Source of the DNA: an uncultured virus (IMG/VR IMGVR_UViG_3300037067_008746)
Lineage: Duplodnaviria > Heunggongvirae > Uroviricota > Caudoviricetes
Length of the DNA: 64,000 bases
IMG/VR virus record: IMGVR_UViG_3300037067_008746
Strand: one strand, 5' to 3'
A program made the position numbers and the translations under genes. Below the pieces are notes generated by a model. That model was not told the DNA's origin and did no database searches. It saw only the letters and a list, made by a program, of their open reading frames with translations. This document shows, one piece after another, positions 8,937-19,032 of this stretch. How positions within the stretch are numbered: position 1 is the stretch's first letter; the number at the start of each line of letters is the position of its first letter.

Positions 8937-9293
8937 ATGTATATTCCAGATAAACTGTTAGAAACAAAACACACATACGACAAAGAATCACAAGACTACT
9001 TTAAACAGCAAGGCCAGAGATGGATATACGAGAAATGGGCGAAACGGGCCAACAAACAAATACCAAACTTGGCGACACGAATATTCAATCTACGAGAGAA
9101 ATCATATGTCGGACATGGATTTCACTACGGAATAGAACGAAGACTGGGGAATATAATTGCAAAATTAAACGACTACGACGATTGCCCAAGAGAAATAATA
9201 AAAATCATAACACATAAAATTGTTATGAAAACGGCAGTAAATAGATTATTCGACGATGTGGTAAAAGCAGAGAGATCGATGGTGAAAACATGA
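8937..9293 (+). CDS. Hypothetical protein
   Basis: ORF packing. Confidence 0.6.
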   Translation: MYIPDKLLETKHTYDKESQDYFKQQGQRWIYEKWAKRANKQIPNLATRIFNLREKSYVGHGFHYGIERRLGNIIAKLNDYDDCPREIIKIITHKIVMKTAVNRLFDDVVKAERSMVKT

Positions 9294-9814
9294 AATCGAA
9301 ACAAATTAAAATCGGATACATAGAACGCGGACGAGATTCACTAGATAGACGAATGACAGGTCCAGTATTCATAGAAATCGAAGAAACGCAAGTAGGATTC
9401 AACTTAACAGGAAGCATACGTGGGTATGGATCAGGACAAGTATGCAATTCAATCAGACAAAAGATATCAGAAAACAAATTCGAATTCCTGATACCAGAAG
9501 ACGATGTGATGCATATGCTAGATTACTGGAACAAATGGCATCTAAATGACTTGAAAGCAGGATGTACTCACCAAGAAGAATTCTTAAACAGAATAAAAAC
9601 ATATAGACCAAAATTATTCGAAAATTATTGGAACAACTACGATACAATCAAAAACGAGATGAAATCAAAACACATAAATCCATGCGCAATATGCAACTAT
9701 GAATATGGTTCAGGTTGGAAACTCGTATTGCCACCACCAAAAGAACTGAAATGGATACGAGAATTCAAAGCGAAATGGGAAGGTATTAAACTTGGTAGAC
9801 GCATCAATAGGTGA
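9290..9814 (+). CDS. Viral hypothetical protein with WHLND and CxxC..YG..W motifs
   Basis: Motif pattern, ATGA overlap. Confidence 0.7.
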   Translation: MKSKQIKIGYIERGRDSLDRRMTGPVFIEIEETQVGFNLTGSIRGYGSGQVCNSIRQKISENKFEFLIPEDDVMHMLDYWNKWHLNDLKAGCTHQEEFLNRIKTYRPKLFENYWNNYDTIKNEMKSKHINPCAICNYEYGSGWKLVLPPPKELKWIREFKAKWEGIKLGRRINR

Positions 9815-9820
9815 TACAAA

Positions 9821-10567
9821 ATGTACGTAAACTTATCAGCAACAATAGAAATAAACGACAAACCGACACCAAAACACAACGAATACGTTCCAACGTATAA
9901 ACTAGGAAACACAGCAAAACAAATAATGACATCGCAACTAATTCAAATGGCAATGAACTTTGCCACGACAAAAAACACGAACGAAATCGAAAATTTCGTA
10001 TATCACATGCAATACGAAGTGCAACGAGAACCAGAGCCATCGTGGAATGAAAAAGCAGACGAAGATGCAAAGGAGTTCATACGTGATTATTTACTGGACG
10101 AAATCATAGAACAATTGATGGAAGACGGTGAATTCGGTGAAGACATAAGGAACGACTTTGCCAACGGAGATTCATCATTCCATGAAACCATTGTGGACAG
10201 GTATTACAACGACAAAGAAGCAATTGACCTGATAAGCGACTTGTATGAATATGAAGAAACAGATTCGGGTATATGGGAAGGTCTGGATTGGAGTAAAGTA
10301 TTATCATCCAAAGCCGCATGGACTTATGGAAATGCTGTATACGATAAAGCAACAGAGATATTAAACGAAATAAGAGAAAAAATTGAAATGGATGAACTAG
10401 ATCTTGAAGTGGCACAAGAAATAAACAACAAAACAGCGCAATTATCACTGGAATTAGAAGACAACGAATTAAACGAATTAATCGACTGGATGAAAACTGA
10501 CCACGAAGACGACTTCAACAGAATACTAAAAGAAAAACTAACAACACTAATCGAGGAAGAACTATGA
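9821..10567 (+). CDS. Acidic helical hypothetical protein
   Basis: AGGTGA RBS; highly acidic. Confidence 0.75.
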   Translation: MYVNLSATIEINDKPTPKHNEYVPTYKLGNTAKQIMTSQLIQMAMNFATTKNTNEIENFVYHMQYEVQREPEPSWNEKADEDAKEFIRDYLLDEIIEQLMEDGEFGEDIRNDFANGDSSFHETIVDRYYNDKEAIDLISDLYEYEETDSGIWEGLDWSKVLSSKAAWTYGNAVYDKATEILNEIREKIEMDELDLEVAQEINNKTAQLSLELEDNELNELIDWMKTDHEDDFNRILKEKLTTLIEEEL

Positions 10568-10797
10568 ACAAAATGTCAAAACAATTATGGAGCAATAGAG
10601 ACATATTAAGAGACGCACGGAAAGAAATAGATAGATTAAACAATGTAATAGAAAATGCACACGCATGTATAAAAAGTGCGCAAGAACAATTGACAAAACA
10701 CAACATGGGAACGGCAGACACCATACTAACAACGACGAACGAAATGTTATACAACGCAATACATGAACCGGAGGAAACAAAACATGAAGAAAATTAA
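10564..10797 (+). CDS. Coiled-coil hypothetical protein
   Basis: ATGA overlap. Confidence 0.6.
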   Translation: MNKMSKQLWSNRDILRDARKEIDRLNNVIENAHACIKSAQEQLTKHNMGTADTILTTTNEMLYNAIHEPEETKHEEN

Positions 10798-11347
10798 TCA
10801 CATCACATTTTCAGTGGAATTCGACGAATGGCCAGATGTCTCTTATCTCGGAAAAATAAGTACACAACCAACGTGGAAAAAAGGAGAAGCATGGATACCA
10901 GTAGATCCAGAAAACTTCAAAGACTATGCAGATCCAGAATGGTTCTCGCCATGTAACCATCTGCCACATAACAAAGAAAACTGGGACCATGTGTCAGAAA
11001 AAGACAAACAAGACGTTATTAAAAAATATGGATCACTTAGAAAAGCAGACATCGCGTATGCATATAACGACTTGAAACGACTACAACAATTCTATGCATG
11101 GCGTTGGTGGATGGAATCATTTATAATAAGAGCAAGTATCGGCGTGAGCGATGATGGTAAACATTGGGCATTCGATGAAATAGTTGTATCACTGGGAGGA
11201 ATCGAGTCAAATGGAAGCAATGAATACAAAAAAGAAATCGCCAATGACATGAGACAAGAAATGACTCACGAACTGGAAATTTGGGGATTTCCACGACACG
11301 AGATCATGAACGCGATGTGTGAAATGAAAATGGAGAATAAACGATGA
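10784..11347 (+). CDS. Hypothetical protein
   Basis: GGAGG RBS. Confidence 0.7.
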   Translation: MKKINHITFSVEFDEWPDVSYLGKISTQPTWKKGEAWIPVDPENFKDYADPEWFSPCNHLPHNKENWDHVSEKDKQDVIKKYGSLRKADIAYAYNDLKRLQQFYAWRWWMESFIIRASIGVSDDGKHWAFDEIVVSLGGIESNGSNEYKKEIANDMRQEMTHELEIWGFPRHEIMNAMCEMKMENKR

Positions 11348-11979
11348 TCGAAACAATACTATACATAGACAAAAACAGACCAACGACGGAATACTTCGTA
11401 ATCGAAGAATTGATGAAAGAAAAAAAAATAAAACTGGACAAAATTGATATATCAACGATATCAGAGAATGAAATAAAACAACTGCGATTTGAAATGCGAA
11501 TGATAAGACCATTCTTGCGAACAGTTGATTGGCCGAATGACAGATGGTCATACGAACAATTATCAAAAACACCAATCTTAAAGACAAACATAGGCACATA
11601 TCCATGGTGGTACTTGATAAAACTAGAATATGTAGAAAAAATACTAGACCAATTGTCAGAACTAATCAAATTACAACCAAAACTAACTATCAGACGAATA
11701 ACGAAACAGACACAACGAAACGATGTGTTGACGGTAACACAAGAAGATTTAGCACGAGTTAATGTGACAATGTTAAGGGTGATAAATGGAACAAGCATAA
11801 CAGAAATCGCAGAAAATTGGTCAACAAAAGAAAAAGCCGCCGCACTAATAATGTGGAGACTGGCACAACATCAACGATCAAATGATCTAAGAGTGCTAGC
11901 AGATATGATAACAGAGAAAGCAAAATTAGCAGATCCATTTCACGAGGAACATGACAACGACAACGATATGGACGACTGA
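11344..11979 (+). CDS. Hypothetical protein upstream of the primase
   Basis: ATGA overlap, long ORF. Confidence 0.7.
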   Translation: MIETILYIDKNRPTTEYFVIEELMKEKKIKLDKIDISTISENEIKQLRFEMRMIRPFLRTVDWPNDRWSYEQLSKTPILKTNIGTYPWWYLIKLEYVEKILDQLSELIKLQPKLTIRRITKQTQRNDVLTVTQEDLARVNVTMLRVINGTSITEIAENWSTKEKAAALIMWRLAQHQRSNDLRVLADMITEKAKLADPFHEEHDNDNDMDD

Positions 11980-12730
11980 TCAATGGGTAATGTGGAAAAA
12001 GAAAATAAATGGAGACGGGAGAGAAACAAAAGTTCCAATCGGTGTTAACGGGAGAGCAGTATCAATAACTAATCCACGATGCTACAGATCATTCGATGAA
12101 GCAACGACATTACTAACAAAAAACGCAGACATTTTCGATGGAATTGGATTCGTTTTCACAGAAAATGATCCATTTATAGGAATAGACTTGGACTCAGTGA
12201 TGCTATGGAACGGTTGGAAAGAAATAATAAATCGATGCGACTCATACACAGAATTGTCTCCGTCGAAGACGGGGCTGCATATTATAATGGAAGGACACAT
12301 ACCAGGGGAATCAAACAGGGGGATAAAGACAGGTGATCATGAACATGGTGAAATAGCGATATACGATAACAAGAGATTTTTCACGTTCACGTTAGACCCA
12401 CTGAAAAATCACGATGAAGTAAAACCGAACCAAACTGCAATAGATTGGTTGGCAAAATCAATCGACGACAAATCAGTGATAAACCACGTATTGTCGAGTG
12501 ACTACCGAGACAAGTTCATCACATTATGGACAGGAAACACTACAAACTACGAAAGCCACAGCGAAGCCGACTTAGCATTCTGCCGAATCCTGGCAAACAA
12601 TCATTGCCCAATGCATCAAATCGATCGAATATTTAGAAAAAGTAAACTCATGCGACCAAAGTGGAACGAAAAACGAAAAAATGCTACATACGGATTATGC
12701 ACACTAGAAATGGCATTAAAAGAGAGATGA
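11951..12730 (+). CDS. AEP primase-polymerase (NrS-1-like PrimPol with helical bundle, no fused helicase)
   Basis: QWVxWK, KVP, GIGFVF, GIDLD, YTELSPSKTGLHI, RFFTFT, SEADLAFC, IDRIFRKSKLMRPKW. Confidence 0.9.
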   Translation: MTTTTIWTTDQWVMWKKKINGDGRETKVPIGVNGRAVSITNPRCYRSFDEATTLLTKNADIFDGIGFVFTENDPFIGIDLDSVMLWNGWKEIINRCDSYTELSPSKTGLHIIMEGHIPGESNRGIKTGDHEHGEIAIYDNKRFFTFTLDPLKNHDEVKPNQTAIDWLAKSIDDKSVINHVLSSDYRDKFITLWTGNTTNYESHSEADLAFCRILANNHCPMHQIDRIFRKSKLMRPKWNEKRKNATYGLCTLEMALKER

Positions 12731-12734
12731 GACC

Positions 12735-12748
12735 AAAAGTTTTAAGTA
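12735..12748 (+). promoter_or_regulatory. Archaeal BRE-TATA promoter
   Basis: aaaagttttaagta ~25 nt upstream of ORF 12773. Confidence 0.55.
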
Positions 12749-12772
12749 ACTCAAGGAGGATAAGACAAAATT

Positions 12773-13060
12773 ATGTTGGCATACATAATACGACGAGAGA
12801 ATGATATAAGCGACTTACCAACATCAGCAAAAGCAGTTGCATTCACGTTCAGGCCATCGATGGAAACAATATTAGAAACACTGGAAAAGGCGAAACGAAT
12901 AAATGTGATAATGATATCAGATGGATATACAAAATCCATGGGAACAGGAACAAAGCGACTACTAAAATTACACAACATAGAATTAAGAAACACACCAGAA
13001 CAGCTACAAGGAAGACATAATATTGATAACGTAATTGAATTCGAGGAGTCAAAAGAATGA
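12773..13060 (+). CDS. Hypothetical protein
   Basis: ORF after the promoter. Confidence 0.6.
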   Translation: MLAYIIRRENDISDLPTSAKAVAFTFRPSMETILETLEKAKRINVIMISDGYTKSMGTGTKRLLKLHNIELRNTPEQLQGRHNIDNVIEFEESKE

Positions 13061-14463
13061 AGACAAAGGATATAACGGCAGAACAATTCGCAGAAAATGT
13101 AATGAACACAAACAAGTCTCTATTCGAATCAGTAAAAAGTGCTCGTCAAATAGCAATAGACACACACAAAGAATATCCAAACTATAGCGTACAAACAGCA
13201 ACAAGTTTTGCAATAAAGAGAATAAAGAAAGCAAAGTCGGACGAAACTGCGACTGATTTCAAAGGATTTGCAATCGGTAAACGTATCCCAGGCGACACCG
13301 GAAAAGGACCACACATATTCGGAGTGATGACCGGGAGAACAGGAATCGAAGTAAAGACATGGAAAAGCGAAGTGGACACCGGAGACAAGAAACTAAAGTT
13401 CCCGACAAATGCAGCTGTACACATGAAAGCGAAATTGGAACAAAACGATTTCACAAACAAAAGCGAATGGGTAGCAGCAAACATAATGGGTAGAAACCAA
13501 CTCACACTAGATGAAATCATAACGAGACTGAGCAACGCTGGCGCAATAATGAATCTGGATGACATCAGAAAGCTCATCAAGAAAACTGATCCAGCACCAG
13601 TAGTAATAGCAAGAGTGATACTGGCAGGAGCAAATGCTTCGAAGAAGTTCGGATCTGAAGAGCTTCAGCCAATTTGGAGAGTAATCGAATCCAATGGAAA
13701 AATCACGGCAGAAGGACCAAATCTGTCATTAAGAACGAAAAAGACAGACGGGGAAACAATGGCATGGCTGCGAATGACAGGAACCGCGCCAGAGTACATA
13801 ACACTCGAAGATTTCACGGAAATCGCAAAAGAGGTAATTGAGCGATTCGACAACCCGGAAGATCAGGCTGCATACCTGGGGAACGCAATGGAAGAAAGAC
13901 CTGCGATAGTGATAGCTTCGATATCTAAGATCGGAGGAGATCAGGAAAACGGATATGCCATAAACATGAATGTATTGGCCCTACTGGAAGCCACAAACGA
14001 TTCAACTCCATTATTGATAGGCCAGCAGCCTTTGCCAGAGGCAAAGGTAGAGGAAACACCGGTTATAGAAGAGGAACCAGAAAAACCTGCGGAAGACGTG
14101 CCGGAAACTGAAATCGAGATAGAAACAGTAGAAATCAAGACACCAACAGCACCGGCACAAACAATAACAACGCCAGTGACGGAACCCGCGCCAGAGCCAG
14201 TAGTAGAACCAGTGCCAGCGCCAGTACCAGAAAAAATAACGATTATCGAAAAAACGCCAGAAATCGAGGAAATCGAGCAAAAAATGCTGTGGCTCGCATG
14301 TCTGAAATGCGGAAACGTACCCAAGAACGCAATGAGATCACAAAAAATCGAGGCACTGAAGAAAACGAGCATCGATGACCTGATGAAAATGGGAGCAAGC
14401 ATGAAAAAATTCAACGCAGAAACAGTGCAACAAGTGTATGATTCATTAATTGCATCCGTTTAG
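13057..14463 (+). CDS. Large hypothetical protein, possibly OB-fold ssDNA-binding, with a P/E/T-rich linker
   Basis: Beta-rich N-terminal region, low-complexity linker, replication context. Confidence 0.6.
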   Translation: MKTKDITAEQFAENVMNTNKSLFESVKSARQIAIDTHKEYPNYSVQTATSFAIKRIKKAKSDETATDFKGFAIGKRIPGDTGKGPHIFGVMTGRTGIEVKTWKSEVDTGDKKLKFPTNAAVHMKAKLEQNDFTNKSEWVAANIMGRNQLTLDEIITRLSNAGAIMNLDDIRKLIKKTDPAPVVIARVILAGANASKKFGSEELQPIWRVIESNGKITAEGPNLSLRTKKTDGETMAWLRMTGTAPEYITLEDFTEIAKEVIERFDNPEDQAAYLGNAMEERPAIVIASISKIGGDQENGYAINMNVLALLEATNDSTPLLIGQQPLPEAKVEETPVIEEEPEKPAEDVPETEIEIETVEIKTPTAPAQTITTPVTEPAPEPVVEPVPAPVPEKITIIEKTPEIEEIEQKMLWLACLKCGNVPKNAMRSQKIEALKKTSIDDLMKMGASMKKFNAETVQQVYDSLIASV

Positions 14464-14481
14464 ATGCAATTAAACTTTTTT
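14446..14481 (+). terminator. Hairpin plus T-tract
   Basis: ttaattgcatc-cgttta-gatgcaattaa followed by a T-run. Confidence 0.6.
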
Positions 14482-14494
14482 GGAGGAAATAAAC

Positions 14495-15040
14495 ATGTCG
14501 CAAAAAGAAATCGATGAACTTCCATCACATCTGATTGGGATAAAATTCCAGCCATGGCACTTCTACAGAAACAAAAAGGCGAAGCCAGGAGAGAACCCTC
14601 TGCTATTGCAGGATTGTTTCGTAGATGAAGTAATGCGAATGAAAAACCTACAGGCGAGGCCAGAAATCACACGAGTAATGCCATTCGGAGAATCAAGCCT
14701 GTATGTAGAGGGGCATGTAAAAGTGTGGGAACGAGGAAAACCAGACAACAACCTGGCAACGGAAGCGTTTGCTTCCGTAACAAAAATGCCATACGAAGGT
14801 GGACAAACGCATTACGCACAAATAGCAATAACTCGTGCATTACGAACAGCAGTAATAAGACATCTTCAGATCAGTGACCATGACATAGAGCTGGCAATAA
14901 AGGCATACGAAATAGACTCAAACAAAGTAAAATCAATGAGCACACGAAACATAGCTGATGGACCGGGAGAGGAAACAACCGAGAAAATCGAACCGATAGA
15001 CGTGCCAGAAGTAAATCTTGGAGATCTAGGATTAGAGTGA
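14495..15040 (+). CDS. Rad52/Sak-like single-strand annealing protein
   Basis: beta-beta-beta-alpha pattern ending IAITRALRTAV; acidic tail. Confidence 0.5.
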   Translation: MSQKEIDELPSHLIGIKFQPWHFYRNKKAKPGENPLLLQDCFVDEVMRMKNLQARPEITRVMPFGESSLYVEGHVKVWERGKPDNNLATEAFASVTKMPYEGGQTHYAQIAITRALRTAVIRHLQISDHDIELAIKAYEIDSNKVKSMSTRNIADGPGEETTEKIEPIDVPEVNLGDLGLE

Positions 15041-15043
15041 CGA

Positions 15044-15763
15044 ATGATGAAATGTGGTGACTGTAAACTGGACATGATAGATATAACAAAAAAATTCGAT
15101 CAAACAGAATCACATCTGTTGGGTCCAGGCTGGACTCACCACGTTTGTCCTAAATGCGGTGGAGGAAAACATATCATGGCAGGAAAACTGAAAGTAATAC
15201 CTGGCAATAAATTACCAGGAGAAATAGAGAAAAAACTAATAGAACTGAAAAATGCACATGATGAAATTGATATGACGACTGATTATATCAATACATTGTT
15301 TGAAGACGAAAATTTACAAAAACTGATGGAAAAACAAAAGAAACTACAAGAAAAAATAGACAACAAAGTAAAAGAACTAGGAATAGCAACCATAGAAGAG
15401 ACACTAAAAGAACAAATGGCAAATGAAAAAGAACTATTAGACACAATCGGATCATCGATAGACGATTCATATTGGGGGCCAGATGCATTCACTAAAGGAA
15501 AGAAAGAGGCAGTAGCCAGTGACGATGGCATGGTAGTGGTACTAAGAAGCACACGAACAGAACGAAAAATAATTCCAAGCAAATTCGTAGAAACGTATCC
15601 ATTACTGGCAAACATATACGTAGCAGAGAACAGAATTAAAATCACACTGAAAGAGGCAGAGAAAGACATAGGAAAAGATGACCTGGACAAAGTAACAGAA
15701 AAGAAAGTGACTCACTCGTTCGAACTGAACATCAAAGATGGAAGGAACTTGCCCGCCCCGTAA
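15044..15763 (+). CDS. Zn-ribbon plus coiled-coil protein (Gam/Gp157-like, tentative)
   Basis: CGDC...CPKC, long coiled coil. Confidence 0.55.
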   Translation: MMKCGDCKLDMIDITKKFDQTESHLLGPGWTHHVCPKCGGGKHIMAGKLKVIPGNKLPGEIEKKLIELKNAHDEIDMTTDYINTLFEDENLQKLMEKQKKLQEKIDNKVKELGIATIEETLKEQMANEKELLDTIGSSIDDSYWGPDAFTKGKKEAVASDDGMVVVLRSTRTERKIIPSKFVETYPLLANIYVAENRIKITLKEAEKDIGKDDLDKVTEKKVTHSFELNIKDGRNLPAP

Positions 15764-16043
15764 ACGGGGCGGAACTGTGATAAGAGGTTGAAATGGCTGA
15801 AATGATAATTAATGCATCAAACGTGTCACAGGATGTATTGTTATGGCTGCACAAAGGAACTAATGGATATATGATAGAACGAAGATCAAATACAGAACAT
15901 ACTAAAAGTGATTACTTCAGGGTATCAGAGAAATTCGCAAAACGACTACAGGAAATGCCAATTGATAAAGCATGGACTGAAATGGAAACGCATTGCTTGA
16001 ATACAGGATTTTGAAAATTCACGCCCCGTAAACGGGGCGGAAC
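15754..16043. repeat. Identical 22-bp hairpin-forming direct repeats flanking one gene
   Basis: cgccccgtaaacggggcggaac at 15754-15775 and 16022-16043. Confidence 0.9.
15793..16014 (+). CDS. Hypothetical protein between direct repeats
   Basis: GAGGT RBS. Confidence 0.7.
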   Translation: MAEMIINASNVSQDVLLWLHKGTNGYMIERRSNTEHTKSDYFRVSEKFAKRLQEMPIDKAWTEMETHCLNTGF

Positions 16044-16071
16044 ATGTTTTGATAATAATCGGTGAAGAAAG

Positions 16072-16377
16072 ATGATAAGAGACGCAATAAAAATAAACTG
16101 CGATGAATGTGGACGAGGAATAACGAGAAACAAAAAACGAGCATTGTTAACGAACAAACATAATTTTTGCAGCGATAAGTGTAAAAATTCATATTATTCA
16201 CATCACGACAACCAACGGGTAAAACGCGCGAGAAAACGACAAATACAATTAGACAAAACAGAAAGAAAACGACCAACAGAAATATCGGTATGTTATCTAA
16301 AAGAAGCAAGAGCCATGCTACATGGGAAACATTGGAAAGGAAAAAATAGATGTGTAAAACTGAAAGGAGATGATTAA
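16072..16377 (+). CDS. TRASH/MYM-type Zn-finger protein
   Basis: CDECG...FCSDKC. Confidence 0.7.
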   Translation: MIRDAIKINCDECGRGITRNKKRALLTNKHNFCSDKCKNSYYSHHDNQRVKRARKRQIQLDKTERKRPTEISVCYLKEARAMLHGKHWKGKNRCVKLKGDD

Positions 16378-16858
16378 GACGACAATACTAGACGGAAAAC
16401 ATGTAAACAACGATATCATAAATCAAGCAAAACACAAATTCATAGGAATGTTCCGACCGCCAGGACCATACAATCGAAGACATACATGTAATTGTGGAAT
16501 AACAATTGAATCAATCAGTGAATCAAACGACCATTATATGATGGGACACGATGACGAACCGCAATACGAAACAATTAAAAACGACGACAACACACAAATA
16601 GACGACGACAACACACAAATAGACGACGACAAAACACAAATAGATGATGACACAAAATTATGTATAAATTGCAAATTTTATAACATATGGTTCGAGAATT
16701 GGTCACCAATGAGCATGTGTGAGCATGAAGTGACAATCGACGGAGACGTTGTTTATGGACAGTCAACAATAGCAGGACTACCAGTAGAACAAGTAAGATA
16801 CAATGAACGATGGTGTGGAAAAAGAGGGTTATGGTGGAAAGAAAAATGCCAATTATAG
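16370..16858 (+). CDS. Cys-rich hypothetical protein with internal tandem repeat
   Basis: CNCG, CINCKFY, C..RGLWW. Confidence 0.65.
   Translation: MIKTTILDGKHVNNDIINQAKHKFIGMFRPPGPYNRRHTCNCGITIESISESNDHYMMGHDDEPQYETIKNDDNTQIDDDNTQIDDDKTQIDDDTKLCINCKFYNIWFENWSPMSMCEHEVTIDGDVVYGQSTIAGLPVEQVRYNERWCGKRGLWWKEKCQL
16581..16653 (+). repeat. 21-bp in-frame tandem repeat (~3.5 copies, DDNTQID)
   Basis: acgacgacaacacacaaatag units. Confidence 0.9.
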
Positions 16859-18294
16859 AAATGACCAAATGGCCTAATAAACCGTACATTTTGATAGATA
16901 CACCATTACCAGACTTGGTGTTCAAAATAATCGATAGCGCAACATCATACAAAATAAAAGGAGCGGAATTTATCGATAATCAGATGTATAAGTGCCCAAA
17001 ATGCGGTTGGTGGAAACTTCAGGCAAATGCCACTTCAGATTATTGCAAGCGATGCGGAACAAAGTGTGACGAAGGATTGTGGGATTGCATAATTCACATG
17101 ATCTCACAGACACGAGGAAAAAAATTCTATTTTCCAGTAGGAATGATGGACACCATCGAAGCTACATTGAAATCGATAGGCTACGATACACATCTTTCAG
17201 GATGGCCTTCAGCGCCTCACAGCGGCATTCCAGAGTTGCACCTTACTTGGGAAGGTTGGAACCTGAGAAAGCACCAGGACGAAGCCAAAACAAAGGCGCT
17301 GGAAAAACTGAGAGACGGACGAGGAGTAGTTTTAGAGATGGCTACAGGCAGTGGTAAAAGTTTACTTGCAATGAGCCTGATGAAAGAACTAGGAACATCG
17401 ACACTGATACTGGTACACAAGAAAAATCTGATGGAACAATGGAACGAAGGAATCAAAAAGACACTGAACTGGGAACCAGCATTATACGGAGACAACCAGA
17501 AAGAAATCGGACCAATAACAATCGGAATGGTGCAATCGATTGCACACAACAAAACATTTCCTATAAACATGTTCAATTTCGTCATCTGCGACGAAGCACA
17601 TCATTGCCCGGCGGATTCCACGTTTGATATTTTAATGAAATCGGATGCATACTACAGACTTGGATTGTCCGCAACACCGCGCCGAGAAGATGGCAACGAA
17701 ATAAAAATGTTCGCTGCCATAGGTCAAATAACAAAAGTATCAAGTGTTAAAGAATTAATTGCATTAGGAATACTAGCAAAACCAATCATCGAAATAATAA
17801 ACGCACCATCAGCGAAATCAGGAGGAAGTTATGCGGAAGCAGTGAAAAATCAAATCGTGATGAACGACGAACGAAACAGAATGATTGCACGAAAGGCTTA
17901 TGAACTGGCAAACAAAGGTCTTAGCGTATTAATAACAGTGACACAAATAAAACATGGAAAGACTTTAGAAGCACTGATACAGGGATCAAAATTTATTCAT
18001 GGCAAAACAAAGAAAGAAGAGCGACAAAAATCAATGAACGACTTTGAGAACGGAACACTGAAAGTAATGGTATCAACACTATTAAACGAAGGCTCAGACA
18101 TACCTTCTCTCGATGTCATTATCATGGCATCCGGTGGAAAAAGCGAATCAGCTCAAATACAGAAAGTAGGCAGAGCACTGAGAACAACAAAAACAAAGAA
18201 AACTGCATTGATCATAGACGTGGTTGATGGAGGTAAATGGCTTCGTGACCACGCACAAAACAGGATAAGAATGTATCAGGAAGTGTTTGGATGA
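16846..18294 (+). CDS. SF2 DEAD/DEAH helicase (XPB/Rad25-like) with Zn-finger insert
   Basis: ATGSGKS, DEAHH, GLSATP, EGSDIP, QKVGRALR. Confidence 0.93.
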   Translation: MPIIEMTKWPNKPYILIDTPLPDLVFKIIDSATSYKIKGAEFIDNQMYKCPKCGWWKLQANATSDYCKRCGTKCDEGLWDCIIHMISQTRGKKFYFPVGMMDTIEATLKSIGYDTHLSGWPSAPHSGIPELHLTWEGWNLRKHQDEAKTKALEKLRDGRGVVLEMATGSGKSLLAMSLMKELGTSTLILVHKKNLMEQWNEGIKKTLNWEPALYGDNQKEIGPITIGMVQSIAHNKTFPINMFNFVICDEAHHCPADSTFDILMKSDAYYRLGLSATPRREDGNEIKMFAAIGQITKVSSVKELIALGILAKPIIEIINAPSAKSGGSYAEAVKNQIVMNDERNRMIARKAYELANKGLSVLITVTQIKHGKTLEALIQGSKFIHGKTKKEERQKSMNDFENGTLKVMVSTLLNEGSDIPSLDVIIMASGGKSESAQIQKVGRALRTTKTKKTALIIDVVDGGKWLRDHAQNRIRMYQEVFG

Positions 18295-19031
18295 ACTTCT
18301 CACCAATAAATGTAATAGAAGAATCAAACTTTCACAACGCATGGGCGAAAGCAATACAATATGTGATAATAAAGGACCACCACATAACATTCGGCTCACC
18401 GAGTGAGCCGAATGAGCCGAAGAAGGCAATCGACTCATGTCAAATGATCGTATTAGACAGAACGGCCATAAAGCAAGTAGAAAACAGAGAGATACACCCA
18501 CAAAGCACATTCAAAGCAATTGATCAATATTGCAATGAATTTACAAGACGATTTGTGAAAGAACAACGTGAAATGGATGATATGAATCCAAGAAAACATC
18601 CATATACATATATGGACAGACTAATAAACTATCCAACAAACTGTGATAACGAATATGACGAAGATCAGATAAAAACGATACGAAACAAAATAAAACAACA
18701 GCAATTATCCAAAATCCAAACAAACCAAATGCAGGCAATAACCTGGATGCCATTCGATGACAACAGAACACAATCGCCTCCATGCCTTCAAAGAATGTGG
18801 ATGAGATGGTATCCAGGTGATAACATCGACTTGCATTTAGATTGGAGAAGTCGGGATTTATACAACGCGTGGCAAAGTAACATAATAGCAATCACAGACA
18901 TGTTAAATAGAGAAATCGTGCACCCGACCGGCTGCACAATAGAACGAATAGTAGACTACAGTGATTCTCTTCACATCTACGAAGGAGACATGGAGCAAGC
19001 AAAAAAGATAAACTTGATTTGGAGCAGATGA
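18291..19031 (+). CDS. thyA: Archaeal-type thymidylate synthase family protein
   Basis: YTYMDRL, PPCLQ, RSRDLYNAWQSN, SLHIY. Confidence 0.88.
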   Translation: MNFSPINVIEESNFHNAWAKAIQYVIIKDHHITFGSPSEPNEPKKAIDSCQMIVLDRTAIKQVENREIHPQSTFKAIDQYCNEFTRRFVKEQREMDDMNPRKHPYTYMDRLINYPTNCDNEYDEDQIKTIRNKIKQQQLSKIQTNQMQAITWMPFDDNRTQSPPCLQRMWMRWYPGDNIDLHLDWRSRDLYNAWQSNIIAITDMLNREIVHPTGCTIERIVDYSDSLHIYEGDMEQAKKINLIWSR

Positions 19032-19032
19032 A

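Noticed and set aside
15754..16043. CRISPR mini-array or IS200/IS605 ends
   Set aside because: Only two copies, 268 bp apart around a gene; no cas, tnpA or tnpB recognised.
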